NCBI GenBank assembly: GCA_030141605.1
Contig: JAQGDQ010000050.1
Location: 507,971 to 571,970, forward strand
Length of the DNA: 64,000 nucleotides
DNA from: Tubiluchus corallicola
Taxonomy: Eukaryota > Animalia > Priapulida
Reading direction: 5' to 3'
Positions 24,294-38,800 of the stretch are shown piece by piece. A model generated the notes under the pieces. It saw only the letters and a list, made by a program, of their open reading frames with translations. It did no database searches and had not been told where the DNA came from. How positions within the stretch are numbered: the stretch's first letter is position 1; every line of letters starts with the position of its first letter. The position numbers were made by a program, and so were the translations under genes.

Positions 24294-25134
24294 AGAAGGA
24301 AAGAAGGAAAGAAGGATACCAAGGAAAGAAGCGTTCTTGGCTCTTTCAAAAAATAAATAAATTGGGCAAGACTTTCTACTTATCAGGGTGCGTTGTTTAC
24401 TAATGGATCTTTAGAAAGATGTTTTTGCCTGTTTGTTTATTTGTTTACTTGCATGGAGAACACTGGAATTTGCTTTAGATTTCGTTTACCTCTCCATTGT
24501 AAAAAGAAGCTTTTGTTATTAATCAGGATGGGTTACTTGATTAGGAGAGTACGCGTTTTTGTATGAAAACGTGCCACCTTTTCTGCGCTTGATTGTATGG
24601 ACAATGGAATAAAACGTGTAAACGTTATATTAAAATCATTTGTGCTCTCTTCTTGTTGTGGCTAGGAAAGATATTAAACCAAAGCTAACATCAATAGTAT
24701 GCACATATTTTCTGAAACATAAACACTTAGAAAATAAAATTTCACGTTCTAACAAAAAAACCTAAATCGTCTCCAAAGTTTATACAAAATGTACCAGTCT
24801 AAAGAACTTAGATTCAACTGCATGTTATTTTAATTCTTAACGTGAAACAGCTGCGATGTGATAATGTGTACCTGGTACATCAAACTGGCTTTTGAAACCA
24901 GTAAGCGCTGATACCTTGAAGAATATATCACAAGTTTGACAGCTCCTAACTCTAGTATTATCAACTAGCTGTGAACTCCCAACGAAAGGATACACAAAAG
25001 GGATAGGTGCTCGAATATGTTATTTACAACCAATCTACTACACATATTACAGCGCAGGTAGTCGGATATTTATGTTGTGATCGTAATTACTTTTCGTCAC
25101 TGATTCCTGAAAGGCGGCCTTTTGACTGGGTAAA

Positions 25135-25275
25135 GGTCAAAGGACCATCAGTCAAAGGACCACCTATCAAAAGACCAATAGCGACGAAGAACTACGAGTC
25201 AAAGAATCACCGGACAACGGACCACTGCACAATGGTTCACGTGAAAAGACAAAGGACCATCTGTTAAAGGACCAC
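25135..25275. repeat. Degenerate 15-bp array (about CAAAGGACCACCAGT)
   Basis: caaaggaccatcagt caaaggaccacctat caaaagaccaatagc and further units. Confidence 0.75.
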
Positions 25276-26539
25276 AAAAGGTACACATTAGCAGACCGCA
25301 CAAATTCAACCGAAACACCATTTGAGATACATTTTGGTTTGTGTTAAGATATATTATTTGCAGAGGTTAAACTGTAAAGTTCTGCATTATTTATTTGTCT
25401 CTGTATCTTCTAAGCACTAAACCAAAAATTCTCTTTTTATGCATTTTTGGTGCTATAAATTGCAACTTTTACTTACCGCTAATATTTTATTTAATAAAGC
25501 GTAACGGATAATATTTGGTGATAATAATGCTGACTGATAAATGTGTTATACCTTTTATTTTATTCTTGTTTAAAATTTATTTCGTGCATTAAAAAGTTAA
25601 AATACCCAGCCGTGTACGGAATAACAGATAAAAGACTAACTAGATATTTTCTAATTATTAACGAAAAGTTGTTTTTACGTTCATAACTTTTTTTTAAATT
25701 TTAAAACTTACTGTTCTAATTTTTTTTAGGAAGTGGCATCAATGCTGCAGACTGAAAATCCGTCTTTGTCAATCAATGCAGAATTCGTTCTAGTATAGCC
25801 CCATATCCTAAAAACTCATGACGATCCATTGCAAATCTGCGGAGCAGTAGGTTTTTTCTTTTGGAAATGATGTTATTATTACCATCTTGAGTTCAAGATG
25901 ACAAATAAAAACTGGCTCAGTTTTTCATTCCAGAATTCCTGTAAATTTCATGACAAGCTATTGTAGCTTCAGCCTTTTTTTCGAAAATGATGTAGCTACC
26001 ATTTTTAAATTAAAAATAGCGGGTAGGTTATCCGACTCTGTCAGTCAAAAGGACAAATACAAAAGATAAAGGCATCATTCATTTACCCGCTCATCGTCCT
26101 CTTTTGACGACAAAATATTATCACTAATGGCTATTTATAGCAGAATTCGAATTCAGCATTTGAAGTCGATAGAGAATTCGTTTTAGTATAAAGTTTCACG
26201 AAGGTGCATGCAAATTAGGTGGTTCCCCACCACCACCTTCACCATCTACAACAACAAAAGCCAGAATTTGATGAGAAGCGATTAGTCGAACCTTGACTCA
26301 AAATCGTATATGATCCCTTCAGAAAACACGAACATATTGTCCTGGTGAAAATACTGACGAGTTCAATCACTGAGGGCGCGGCTCTGTTTATACACAGTAC
26401 AGTAAGTGACACTTTACATTAAATAAAATTTCTATAGCCTAATTATCGTCACATTATTCTAGCGCCTTTACACTGTGACAGGTAGTAAAATTAACATCAG
26501 TCACATAGAATACAAATTAAAATGCAAACCATTTTAATT

Positions 26540-26980
26540 GAGGCCAAACAACGTTTAATTTAAAATTATCAAAAGAATCTATAGTTCAATAGGTAGGTCG
26601 TTCCACAATCGTGCTTTGTCACCAAAAGAGGAACACTTAGTTTTATGGACATGTTTTTTTGCCATTAGATCTTAGACCATACTTTGAGCTACTAACCTGT
26701 TTAAGAAAGTTACATATGGTAAGCTGATGCCAAATCTGAGATGAGCTGAGGTTTCACTAAGAAATTTTCTGATCTACTGTAACTTACATAGCTGAAAGTA
26801 TTTACTTTTGCATATTTCAGACACGTATTTATTCATTGCCATTTGTTTGTCAAAAAGTTTTTGACAGAGTCATACAAAGAAGTAGTAGCATCACCAATTT
26901 TAGTGGGTACTAACTTAAATTTTAGAAAGTTGTCACGATCCAATTTATAGTAAACTCTGCATTGAGGTAACTTCAAATTA
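26540..26980 (-). mobile_element. L2/CR1-group LINE 3' remnant
   Basis: Minus strand reads KIGDATTSLYDSVKN ... KYGLRSNG ... SFGDKARLWNDLPIEL ... DSFDNFK, the typical LWN.LP tail. Confidence 0.6.
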
Positions 26981-26993
26981 TTCATAATAGACG

Positions 26994-26995
<2 letters not shown>

Positions 26996-27065
<70 letters not shown>

Positions 27066-27135
27066 CCTCTCTCTGCCCCCTCTGTCTCTCGCTTTCTCTC
27101 TCTCTTTCCCTCTCTCTCTCTCAATCTCTCTCTCT

Positions 27136-27210
<75 letters not shown>
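26996..27210. repeat. Interrupted (CT)n microsatellite
   Basis: Directly visible. Confidence 0.95.
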
Positions 27211-27213
<3 letters not shown>

Positions 27214-28658
27214 GTCTCTCCGGGTTTTTATCCTTTTTTATCCGTCTTCTTCTCGCAATCACATTAAAGGCAAACGAGGTGTAGTGTCCTTATACTATTA
27301 CCTTTGCGCTAATGGCATATTAGCACTAGGCTTGACAATTCTTAAATGTCATGTAACATAAATCACTTGACATTTGAACATCATTAATGTAATCTAGCAA
27401 GGATTTTGCGCAGGTACCCAGCTGCCTCCTATCCACGAGGAACCCCAGCGGGTTAATTACAAACTCAGCACCTGCTTATTGTGAAATCCATGTCCGCCAG
27501 CATAATATATTTTATTGTTACTGAGAATCAAAGAAATATAAAGTATATAGAGTTAAAAATAACAAAACAAATTTTTTGAAAAAAAGTAAAACATTTACTT
27601 TTATAAACATGACTTTTTCCATGAACCCCGTGGATTGAAATCTCTCGCTAAATGATTAACTAATAACAAAAGCAGTGTTCGTCCACGCCTTTGTTGTTGC
27701 ATTATTTACCGGTGGTGACTATCGTGCGTGCAGTAAACAATAAGGCAGAATGTTTTCGGGCTACTATTTAATAATACAGTTTATTAGTCTTCAGCACTAT
27801 AATTGTCATTGGGAAGTCAGTCATTTGTAAGAAATAGTCTATTTGAGGCCTGCTACAAACATCTGGACTCTTTTCCTTCACGCCTTTCTTCTTTCACGTA
27901 CTTTTGTTTCATGTTTTTCCATTTTGTACAATGTTTTATCAGTATTTTCTTTTTTTATGTTATTTATTCATGTAATAATTCGCAGGCCCAGTCAGGCTCA
28001 GAAAATAAGAGTAGTTTCCAGCGTATGGCTTCCAGCATCCGCTGCCAAAATCTTTCGGTTCATCACCCATCACAGTATATACATTCTTTCTCCCTTCCAG
28101 ATCAAACTGTTAGTGTAAAAAATAATTACACTTTTCAACTGATTTGTCCCAGAGGCTAGAGTCTCGATAATGCAACTAAGACAAACGTAATATTGATAAC
28201 AACATGTTTCTGGGAACTGAGTCTTAATCAAGGGTGAGCGGAGTCAAAATCCACGCACGATTTTTGCAGAGGTCCGCATTTTGCGAACTTTAAGCGAAAG
28301 AGAATTTAAGATTGTTACAGACTTACTAAAGCGGATTACACGCGGATTTCGCGGATTCAGCTGCAACTAGGATTCAAAAGAACGAACTATAATTTATTGA
28401 CAATTAAGTTTTTTTCGTTTTTTACGCATTACTGAGGATTTTAATATTTCGCTGAATTGAACTGAATTTTTGTGTGCGCGCGGTGCGATCAGATGAGAAA
28501 TTAAGTGGGCGTCCGAGGTTGCATTTGGACGTCTCAGTAATGCAATCAAAACAATATGTCTCTGGGACATTGTTACAATAGATTTTGTGTACAATAGATT
28601 ATTAGCTACGGTCACAGAAATGACGTACATAAAGACAGAAATGACAATAAGCGCGAGT

Positions 28659-28730
28659 GATGTCATAGAAAGTCTGCTCGTCGCCAGCTGCGTTGATGTC
28701 ATAGAAAGCCTGCTCGTCGCCAGCTACGTT
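28659..28730. repeat. 36-bp tandem duplication
   Basis: gatgtcatagaaagtctgctcgtcgccagctgcgtt occurs twice with two substitutions. Confidence 0.9.
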
Positions 28731-29124
28731 AGCTATTTGATTTTTGCTGATCAGCGGGTACAGAAAAAGTTCCGCGGTACCTGCTGCGTTCGTCGAGATT
28801 ACACGCTGGCATTTACACAGGAAAACTTTATACAGACCAAATTACTTTCTACATTATAATGAAATGAAATGAGCTAAATGTGTATTGTGTAAATTACACC
28901 GACAGTAAATAACAAAAAAATGCGTCTTTTAATAATGAATTCGAGCGAGGGAAACTGTTTTTTGTTTGGGCCTAAACTTATCTACTATAATAAATTTAAT
29001 TCAGTGTAAAAACTAAGGAAAAGTCATTACATCTCTGTACTAATAAAAATGCCTAGCACTAAATAAATATTGTGCAATAAATGATATTATTGTGACTGAC
29101 TGTCTTTAACAAGCCAGACCAAGA

Positions 29125-30503
29125 TAATAGTCTCGCCCCATTTTCAGAAAAGTGGAACCCTAGAGGAGTTTTTTTCCTAAAAGTGGGTAACATAGTCAGT
29201 CTTATCAATTTTACTATGGTGACTTCGAGAAATTCTGTTGCCTGCTCAAAAATTTGCTGAAGGGGGTTAAAATGCAAAAACAAAATGGTCGCCAGAAAAT
29301 TAGCATTAAGAAACCAATATGTCATTTATTCCACGGTAGATGGACACAGAGGAATCCATTTCTGTCATCTTTATTTCAAAAATGACTACCGTTTTCAAAA
29401 TGGCCGCCACGCGATAACGAAAAATGAAAATTCATGCAGTTACATTAACCGTTTGATCAATCATAAGATTCATTATACAAACAAAAAAAAAATCAACCAA
29501 TCAACGAATCAAAAATCAAAAACAGATCTTGTTGAATGCAGAAAAAATGGCCGACGGCATCCCAGCATAGTTGTCTAGCAAAATGGCGAAAAACCATTTT
29601 TCGCTTAAGTTACAAAACTTTTGCACAAAGCTAAAACTAATCAAAGTAATTAATTTTGGATATGAGGCCAAACGTAAATCATCCAATATTACCGCCATTT
29701 CAAATTGGCCTAGAAGATGGAAGGCTGTTGCTAGTTTTTCAAAGTCATGTCTTAGCTGCTAGAGTACATAAATGTTTTTAACAGTCAGTTATGGGTTGTA
29801 TGATCCTTAAAATCTATATTTTTGCGCGCCAAAATCATCATCTTACATGTTCTAATAGATACAGTATAACCTTTCATATACTAGCGAGCCATCTTATTGG
29901 TCGTCATGAAATGACGCCCATATTGGAGGATTTTATGTTAAAAATTAATCACCTTGACGGGTTCTAGCATTGTGCTAAATTTCATAACATTTAGGCCAAA
30001 TGATCAATTTTCATTTGCAGAATAATGCCGTCGGGCACTTTCTTTTTGGCTTATTTCTTGTTGTTATTTAATTGTCTAGCAGTATTTAGATTCAACGAGG
30101 TCAAACTATTGGAAATGGCTTGCTTTTTGTCTTTATAATAAATCTTTATTTAAACAGGTAACATAATTGATCGGCATAATTTCTTTTTATGGCGGCCATT
30201 TTGAAAAACCCGAGCTTTTTGTAATAGAAGCAACAGAAATTGATTGCAAACACGCTAATAGCTTTTTAATGTGTATTTTCTGGAAATTTCTTTTAATTTA
30301 CGTGTTGGTTGTGCAAGAACTTGGCGGCCATTTTGTTTTTGTGTTTTTAACCCCTTTTCGCTAATCTTTTGAGCTGTTAGCAGCTTTTTTCGGATTCAGC
30401 ATAGTCAAATCAATAAGACTGGCTAGTGGCTATGTGGCCACTTTCAGAAAAAACACTCCAAAATTTTATAGGAGCACTTTTTCAGGAGTTGGGCCTTCAC
30501 AAT
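29125..30503. mobile_element. Non-autonomous DNA transposon with long (about 300 bp) diverged TIRs
   Basis: Left aggggttaaaatgcaaaaacaaaatggtcgcca pairs with right tggcggccattttgtttttgtgtttttaacccct. ttcaaaatggccgcca pairs with tggcggccattttgaa. AAAATGGCSG motifs recur internally. Confidence 0.75.
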
Positions 30504-33500
30504 AAGGGATAATGGCACAAAACTGATCTTTTCACGTGTTATAACTTTTCTTCAGCATAATAGGTCACAGCCTGACTCATAGCATGTATGGCAATCATGA
30601 TTACAATTTGGTTATTACTATTGCTACTAATGGTATGTGTAGCCTATGTGTATTAATCATATGTTTATATACTATTTGTCACAATTTTCTAATTTTTTTC
30701 AATTTTTACAATTTACAATTTGAGAAACTCACTCAAGTCACTCAAAACAAACAAAAATACAAGAATCCAAGATTTTTTAAAGGTTATAATTTTGTTTTTA
30801 CGTTTTGAGTTATAAATTATTCAGTCTCAGTAGAAGGATAAAAATTATTATTGCAGAATAAAGTAAACTTACATATTGACAGTGAAACCTTATTAAAATT
30901 CAGTAATTGTTGACATAGAAAAAACTTGGCGGTTTTTTGCCACTACGCTACAGTTTCTTGTTACTACACTAAAATAATTATAGATACAAATTAATCCAAC
31001 AAAAATATAGAAATATTATAGAATACGTACAGTAGAATGCAGAAAATAAAAGTAAATCTACATTTTGTGAACAACGAACTAGCTAGCTAAGAAAATAACA
31101 ATATACAATAATAATAGTAAACCACAGAAGAACAATAAAAAAATTATGGACAAGTATACACAAGGTATGTCCTAGCAAACTCAAACGTGCGGCCCTCGTA
31201 GTTTAATTACCATTCACTACAATGTGTGGATGTTGGTGCGGATGATCATCACTTTCAGCAGTTTTATTCAGAGTCCAGCTGACTTTAATACATCTGAATA
31301 TTTCCGTCTCAGCATCCTTGGGTGTGATAATAAAAAACCTGACGTTCTCAACACATTGTAAGCTGAAGAACTCCTAAAGAATGCAGCTAAGCACAATTTC
31401 GGAAATTGGAACGCTAAATCAGGACGTTAGCAAATCAGAGTACTGTGTTCAGGGCCCTCGGGCGTCCAGCCTCCGTATGGACCACGCCTCCAAACTGTTC
31501 CAGCAATCCAGTTGTTGAACTCGTGCCTGGTTGCCTTAGAACTCCACATAATAAAGCCAGACTTTGTCGTTTTGCAGAGTGACAAACACAACAGTTGGCT
31601 CAGACAAACAAACAGACCATAAGGCAAGGTAGAACTTCGATCATGTGGTCCTCGACTGGTCCTTCACTGGTCTTCGGTTCCTCAACGAAAGTTTCCACTA
31701 CTAACCAGGGAGAATTTGAGTCCTGTTCTGCAGGCAGAAATATGGTTACAAAGCACTTGTCTCTTGGAATGTCAAGATAGTGCCATTACAGCAAACAACG
31801 AATAAACAAACTCAGACAAAACCATTGTCTTTATCATAAATCATCTCACTGCATACGAGTGCCATTGATAGGTACACACCAAACCTGGTGTCCAGCTATA
31901 TAAAATAACCTCAGGGTGAGAACTAACCAAAAAAACTCCACCCTGTAACTTTGGCAGTTAGAACATATATAGCATAGAATACGAACTCTGTAGTAAGATC
32001 CTAAATCAAGTCGAAGTCATTCGGTATTTGAATTTCAGGTAACCTAATTACAGGTAAGCAGAGAAATTAGCGGCCAGAGCCATCTAGTGTCAAAATCTTA
32101 CAAAAACACGCAATGCTATATAGGTTTAAATAAACTGTGCAATAAATCAATAAGGTATAATTAGATCATTAATTATACACATACAACATCATACGATAGA
32201 TGTATCAAAATAGGTGTTGCAACAAGGATGGGTGGTATACCTGATCATCACTGTGCCCTATATCTATTCATATGGTTTTCTTAAAACTCACTTCTTGTAG
32301 TCAGCCAAATTTATTTATTTCCTTTTCTCCTAATCTTTCCTCTTCTTTTACTATGCTGTAGTAACCAGAACTCTCTCTCTTTTAACTCTATTCCGGTTTT
32401 CCCGTCAACCCTTCTTTTAGGAACATTTGTGACACCATATGCTGTCCAACATTTTGAACTTTTTGTAATACGCTGCAACATAGGTTAGCTATACCGTGTT
32501 ACGTGGAAACAGCGAATTCTTAAACTGTTAAATTACGTGCAAGGTACACTATTTAAAATGTTACACGAGTAGGTGGGACGACGGTTGGTAAAACATTCAA
32601 ACAACATGGTGATACCGTGATACGAACTGTAAACTTAATTAAACTGATCTTATTAAATGTTATTTATTATTTTGTTAGTTGAACACTCGAAGCCATTTAT
32701 TTAAAGACTTCATTTAATCTTCAACAGAAAAATACGCCTTCACTCTTAATGTCTTTGTCTAAATGTTCAGATGTTCACTCAGCATGTCCAACAGATGTTA
32801 AGCAACTTATCAATATTAACAATTATAATCAATACCGTATGACTATATTTGGTGCAATATTATCAATATTATAGTGGGTAAGGGTTTATTTTGTGATCTA
32901 AATAGAATAAGAATACATTTGGCTTTACTGGGGTTTAAAGATAGTTTATTTGTTTAAAACAGAGTGAAATTTTATTTAAAATACTGTTAACCGCGTTTCC
33001 TATTGTTGGTGAAATTTGTCTGTGAAAAATAAACTTGTGTCATCAACAAATCGGAAAGTGTTTATGCTGTTGGTAGGATTACCAATTCAACAACTAGCTG
33101 TTTGCTTTACAGACTTTTATTTACCACTCATTGCAAAAAAAGGTGAAACTGCAATGCAAACAAGAAAAAAACATCAAACAAAAGTAAAGCAACATCAAAC
33201 GTGCAAATAAATAAGGAACAAGTGTTAACGAATTAATAACAAGTATAGTGAAGCAGAAAATGACTCAAAATTAAACCATTACTTACACCATTACAGAACA
33301 AAAGCAAAATTTACTAATAAACAAACTTCCTGACACATTACAAATCAGCATGCACGTGCACACACATGCATGTAAAAACATGCATATGAACGCAGTTTAA
33401 ACAGTTCAAAAAATCAGTAATTTGGCATGACTGTAACAAAATATCACAGAAACTATTAAGCCAACAAATAAATTATCTCAAACTTCTAGCAAACTAATGA

Positions 33501-33999
33501 ACTTACAAACGTTTTGAGGATCTGTATAACTAACTTCAAGCCAATTTTCAGAAATCAACAGTGACATACTGATCTATAACAGGGGCATACTGACACACAA
33601 CGACAGGCGTCTATACAACTAAAAACAGGATTTTGCACTATTTGAAAGGCCGTCTATCTTCTCATCCTAGAGCAGCCAACCATGTTAAACAAACGCGCCT
33701 ACAGGTAATACAAAATAACGACGCTCTCTAATCAACACGCCGGGTTTCACTGTACCTACTCTAGCCTGGGAGATAACAATCAATTTTATCAATATTACTT
33801 TGATTGCTCATTCTGGTACTACACTTTTGTATCATTTCTCTAATGAAATTCAAGCAAAATTAAGTGTGCAGATTCTACAATGTAGATGTGTCGGACAGCA
33901 AACATAATACAAAAAAAATTTTTTTTTTTATTTTCTTTCTTCAATTTTGCATCTTGCTGTATTATTGTTATAGTATTTAATAGTAATATCTAATAGTAT

Positions 34000-34273
<274 letters not shown>

Positions 34274-34823
34274 AATAAATTATAATCACTAATGCAACAT
34301 GATGCAAAATTTAATTATTGTTATTATTAAATTTAAATTGTTATTATTATAAAAGACCGATTTAAAAAAAGATTTAATTATTCTGCGGCAACGACATATC
34401 AGTTAACGTGCTGCAATAAAACAAAGCTTATTAGGTCTATCAAACATCAGGTCTACCACTATAGCCAATAAGTATAGTCGTATGGCATAGTGTACATATT
34501 TCCTTATTCGAAATTAGCACTGAAAGAGTGTTTGTTAACCTCTTCACGCTAGTTTTATTTGTATCCTGGAATATCATAGTCCATGACGCACATTTTGCAA
34601 ATCGTTCTGATTTTAAGATCGAGTATGTGCAAGTGTGTAGTCATAACAAACTAACTCCTGGACATGACATCATTGTAGCTAGTTAATTTACCAAGTTTTT
34701 TTACAAGAATTCTGGTGCTGCTGAAACTGAATTTCAATTTTTATGCTTACTTAAATGACATCAATGTGCGAATAATCATATACGCACATAACAGGTTCAC
34801 AAAGAACTTTATTCTAGACCAAG

Positions 34824-35870
34824 ATGTTGAAAAATACTTACAATCAGTGCGAATTCCAGGAAACAAATTCTGAACTTGAAGTTATTGATTTCTATACATA
34901 CGCCGTTGTGCTACCAGTCATATGTTCGATTGGCATAATCGGAAATGCGGTTAATTTACTTGTATTGTGGAACAACCATTCTACATATTTTGGAGCTGTG
35001 GCTTATGTGTATTTTCGCGCCCTTGCTGTCACGGATTTCTTAACTATGGTTTTCAGTTTCCCATTTTGTGCAATTAAACTGCCTAATTCACCAATGACCA
35101 AGAGGCCAGCTGGCTCGTTTTACGCCGCAAATCTGGATTTATATTTCATTAATTCCACTGTAGCCATCAGCAATATTTTTATCATGGCGTTGACTGTGGA
35201 AAGATTTGTTTGTGCATGGTACTCTACAGCTATAGTTTTGACATGGCGTACGCACCAAATGACTCGAAAGTTGGTAGTTGCTGTCACAGTGATGTGTTTA
35301 ATTGTACAGTTACCTTACGTATTAAATAAGGAACAAATTAAAGAGATTGACTCAACAGGCAAACCAATTTACTGTGTTACTTTCTCGGATATATTTTTTA
35401 ACAACTTTTGGCACAAGTATATTTGGATCACTTTTTCAAACGTGTTGACCAGATTCGTGCCAATGGTGGTTGTAATAATTCTAAATCCGATGATAATTAG
35501 AAAATACCGCGATAACTACAAAAGACGTCAACAGATGGTGACACCATTGACGAGAGAGGAAAAGCAAAAGTTTCGAGACGACTGGAGAATTTTAGTTCTA
35601 CTCTCTGCAGTTTCTTTAGTCTTCGTCGTTTGCGTATTTCCAGCTGCAGTTCTTTCCGTCATGTTTCCTTCTTCCGAAAGCAGCTACAGTACGCAGCGTG
35701 GATTTAGAATTTTCTTTTCCATTGCAAATTGTTTAGAGATTAGTAATTATGCATTAAATTTTTACACTTACAGCATAGCAAGTTCAGACTTCAGGCGAAG
35801 GCTAGTCAGCATCTGCAAAGCTAGAAGAGTAAATCCCAGCACCCAAGATGATTTAACTACGGAATGTTAA
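34824..35870 (+). CDS. Class A (rhodopsin-like) peptide GPCR, FMRFamide-receptor-like group, 348 aa, intronless CDS (GPCR-1)
   Basis: Seven hydrophobic segments; GIIGN (TM1), LAVTD (TM2), LTVERF (TM3), FVVCVFP (TM6), NYALNFYTY (TM7, NFxxY variant typical of this group), SSDFR (helix 8). Confidence 0.93.
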   Translation: MLKNTYNQCEFQETNSELEVIDFYTYAVVLPVICSIGIIGNAVNLLVLWNNHSTYFGAVAYVYFRALAVTDFLTMVFSFPFCAIKLPNSPMTKRPAGSFYAANLDLYFINSTVAISNIFIMALTVERFVCAWYSTAIVLTWRTHQMTRKLVVAVTVMCLIVQLPYVLNKEQIKEIDSTGKPIYCVTFSDIFFNNFWHKYIWITFSNVLTRFVPMVVVIILNPMIIRKYRDNYKRRQQMVTPLTREEKQKFRDDWRILVLLSAVSLVFVVCVFPAAVLSVMFPSSESSYSTQRGFRIFFSIANCLEISNYALNFYTYSIASSDFRRRLVSICKARRVNPSTQDDLTTEC

Positions 35871-38286
35871 ATATCTGACATTACTGCAAGTTTTCTGGGC
35901 CTCACTGCTCAGCTTAGCCAATTTTATCCTTTATACCAATTGTTTGATTCGCTCATTGGTCTTTCAGAGTCCAGACCTATGTAGTTTAGGCACAGATTTA
36001 TTTTTCCCTTGCATGTCGATGGGCTCCATCCGTCGTTCCTAAGACTATTGATTTCTTAGTCCCCTTAGTCTGAAAACCACCAGTTTATATCCTTAAACAG
36101 CTTTACATAAGGTCGACGACCATCAGATGGCAAATGTTTGGTTCAGTAAAATATGATTGGTACGTTTTGATTTGATTTGATGTGATTTCAATAAATATTT
36201 TGCTAAAACTGTACATGCATTTATATTACAAGGAGTCAATCGATCTGAAAGATAAATCATTCGAAGGAACAATGAACTGAACTAAAAGAAGTGATTGTAT
36301 TAATGGCATACTGACACAGGCTAGTTCGACGAAGATGCAAATGGACACGTCTGTAATTCACGTCCACTCAACTAGGTCATTTAATGCACGATATACACAG
36401 TGTAGACAAAGACACTAGGTTTGACATTATAGCTCAGCTCTCGATGTTTTTATAGATTTTCTTAGTTCACTTATAATTAAAGTTGTGCTCTTAATTGTAT
36501 ATAAACAACATATGTAATGTATATTTTGTATACATGTGTATATATCTAAACTCACGACACCACATTTTGTCACTTTTGTGACTAGTTTCATAATATTCAT
36601 AATAATTATATAATCATTCATTAATCATTCATTATAATAATTAAATGACTGAAATAAAAAATATATAATTCAACATACAGCATGTAAACATCTACCCATC
36701 AATATCTAAAAATTCCTATGACAACCATTAATATAAGTGAAGTCTAGTTGTACTACTTACTGACTATCTAATCACTATCTAATCATGCTTATTTATATAT
36801 GAATTCCATGATATACATACTATCATTTACATATAGCTTTTATTTTATTGACAACGGCCGGAGATCGCTGTGATAGGCACAGGTCAGATACAGTGAGTAC
36901 GCAGTCATCAAGTCAGTGCTGCCATCTATCCTTCCCTAGAAACAACTATTTTTCGGTTGTTCACATGCTCAATTTTTTTGAGGTATAATTTCGGCCTCTT
37001 AATATATGTAAACTTTCCCACCATTACTTTTCTGTAGTTCTCAGCATTTTCTTTAGTAATTTGAAAAAGGTATTACATTAAATTCCTGTTTGTCACATTC
37101 AACAGGGTATCTAGACACCCAATTTTATTATTGCGGTCCCTTATGTGTTTTATATGTACTGTCATCCTTATATTCGTCATCAGTTTTGTGCTAGTTTCAC
37201 CTACATATTGTTATGCGCATTCAGAACAAGTTATTACATTAAAGCTAATACAGTCTGAAGTCCTTTTAGTTACAAAAATTGAATTTGTTGGCTTTACAAC
37301 AAAAGATTTACATCCAAAAATGTAATTGCAGGTAGCGCATCTTGGTTTAAAATATTTTTAAACTCCAGGCTCCTTTCGAGAATGTGATTGTGACTTTGAC
37401 AGAATTTTTTCTTAAATCAGGAAGATGACGTTTTCAACCCATTAATTTGGTTTCTCACTTCAGCACAAGACAGGGAGACTATTCTGGATAATGAGGACCA
37501 TGTTTATATTGTTAGGAATGTACGTGTGTACTTATAAAATTACCTCGTTCTCATTTTGGATTGGATCTTTTTTTGCTCTTTCTTAACGCAATTCATCCTC
37601 ATCTTGTGTTATAAAGTTGTGTCATTATGCCCTAGAAAATTTAATCAGAATGTTTAATCAGGCATTGGTACAACTCGCACAACCTGGTTTCTTTTAAATC
37701 CGGTTTCGGAAAAATAGTGCCGATTCTTCTAGCTAAGTTGTATGGAATGTATGTACTCTGCATGTATATCTAGTGTTATTTCATTTATAATGATCCGTTT
37801 TTCCTTGTCCGTGGCTCCTGACATCCATTACATCTTTGCTCTTCATCATTAACCTAACCTTTCGTTAATTTTTTGCTTCGTTTGTCTATTTCACCCTTCG
37901 CTCCTTTTTGTTCTTTCATTTTTCTTTCTTCCTTTTTTCTTTCTTTTCTTTTATCTTCTTTTTCCTCTCTTTTTTCCTTCCTTCTTTGCTTTCTTCCTTC
38001 GTTCCTTAATTTCTTATACACAGTTTTGTTTGTATTTGTATTTTGTTTGTATTTGATTGTAGTTTTGTATTTTCATTTTTTCCTTTCTTGCATTCTTTTT
38101 TCTTTTTCTGTTTTTTCTTCCATCCTTTTGCTTACTTTTGAGTTCGTTTTTGTGTATTTGAGTATGAGTTTGTACGTTTGTTCGTTATTGAAGAGTTTGT
38201 GTTCTGTTTGTTCGTTTGGTACGGTCAATAACTCAATTAGTCAGTTAGCCATTTCTTCGTTTAAACATTTACTGGTATTTGCTGTT

Positions 38287-38383
38287 CATCCATCCAACCA
38301 TCCATCCATCCGTCCATCCATCCATCCATCCATCCATCCATCCATCCATCCATCCATCCATCCATCCGTCGATCCATCAATTC

Positions 38384-38414
<31 letters not shown>

Positions 38415-38575
38415 CATACATACATACATACATACATACATACATACATACATACATACATACATACATACATACATACATACATACATACATACACACA
38501 TACACACATACACACGCACACACGCACACATGCACACACGCACACGTGCACACACGCACACACGCGCACATGCGC

Positions 38576-38618
<43 letters not shown>

Positions 38619-38800
38619 ACATACAACATACATGCATACATACATGCATACATGCATACATACATACATACATACATACATACATACATACATACATACA
38701 TACATACATACATACATACATACATACATACATACATACATACATACATACATACATACATACATACAGGCATACATACGTACATACATACATACATTCC
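38287..38800. repeat. Compound microsatellite (CATC)n-(ACAT)n-(CA)n-(ACAT)n between the GPCRs
   Basis: Directly visible, flanked by pyrimidine-rich low-complexity tracts. Confidence 0.95.

Noticed and set aside
31165-31800. GC-richer block, possibly retroelement-derived
   Set aside because: No recognisable protein motif or terminal structure in the frames examined.
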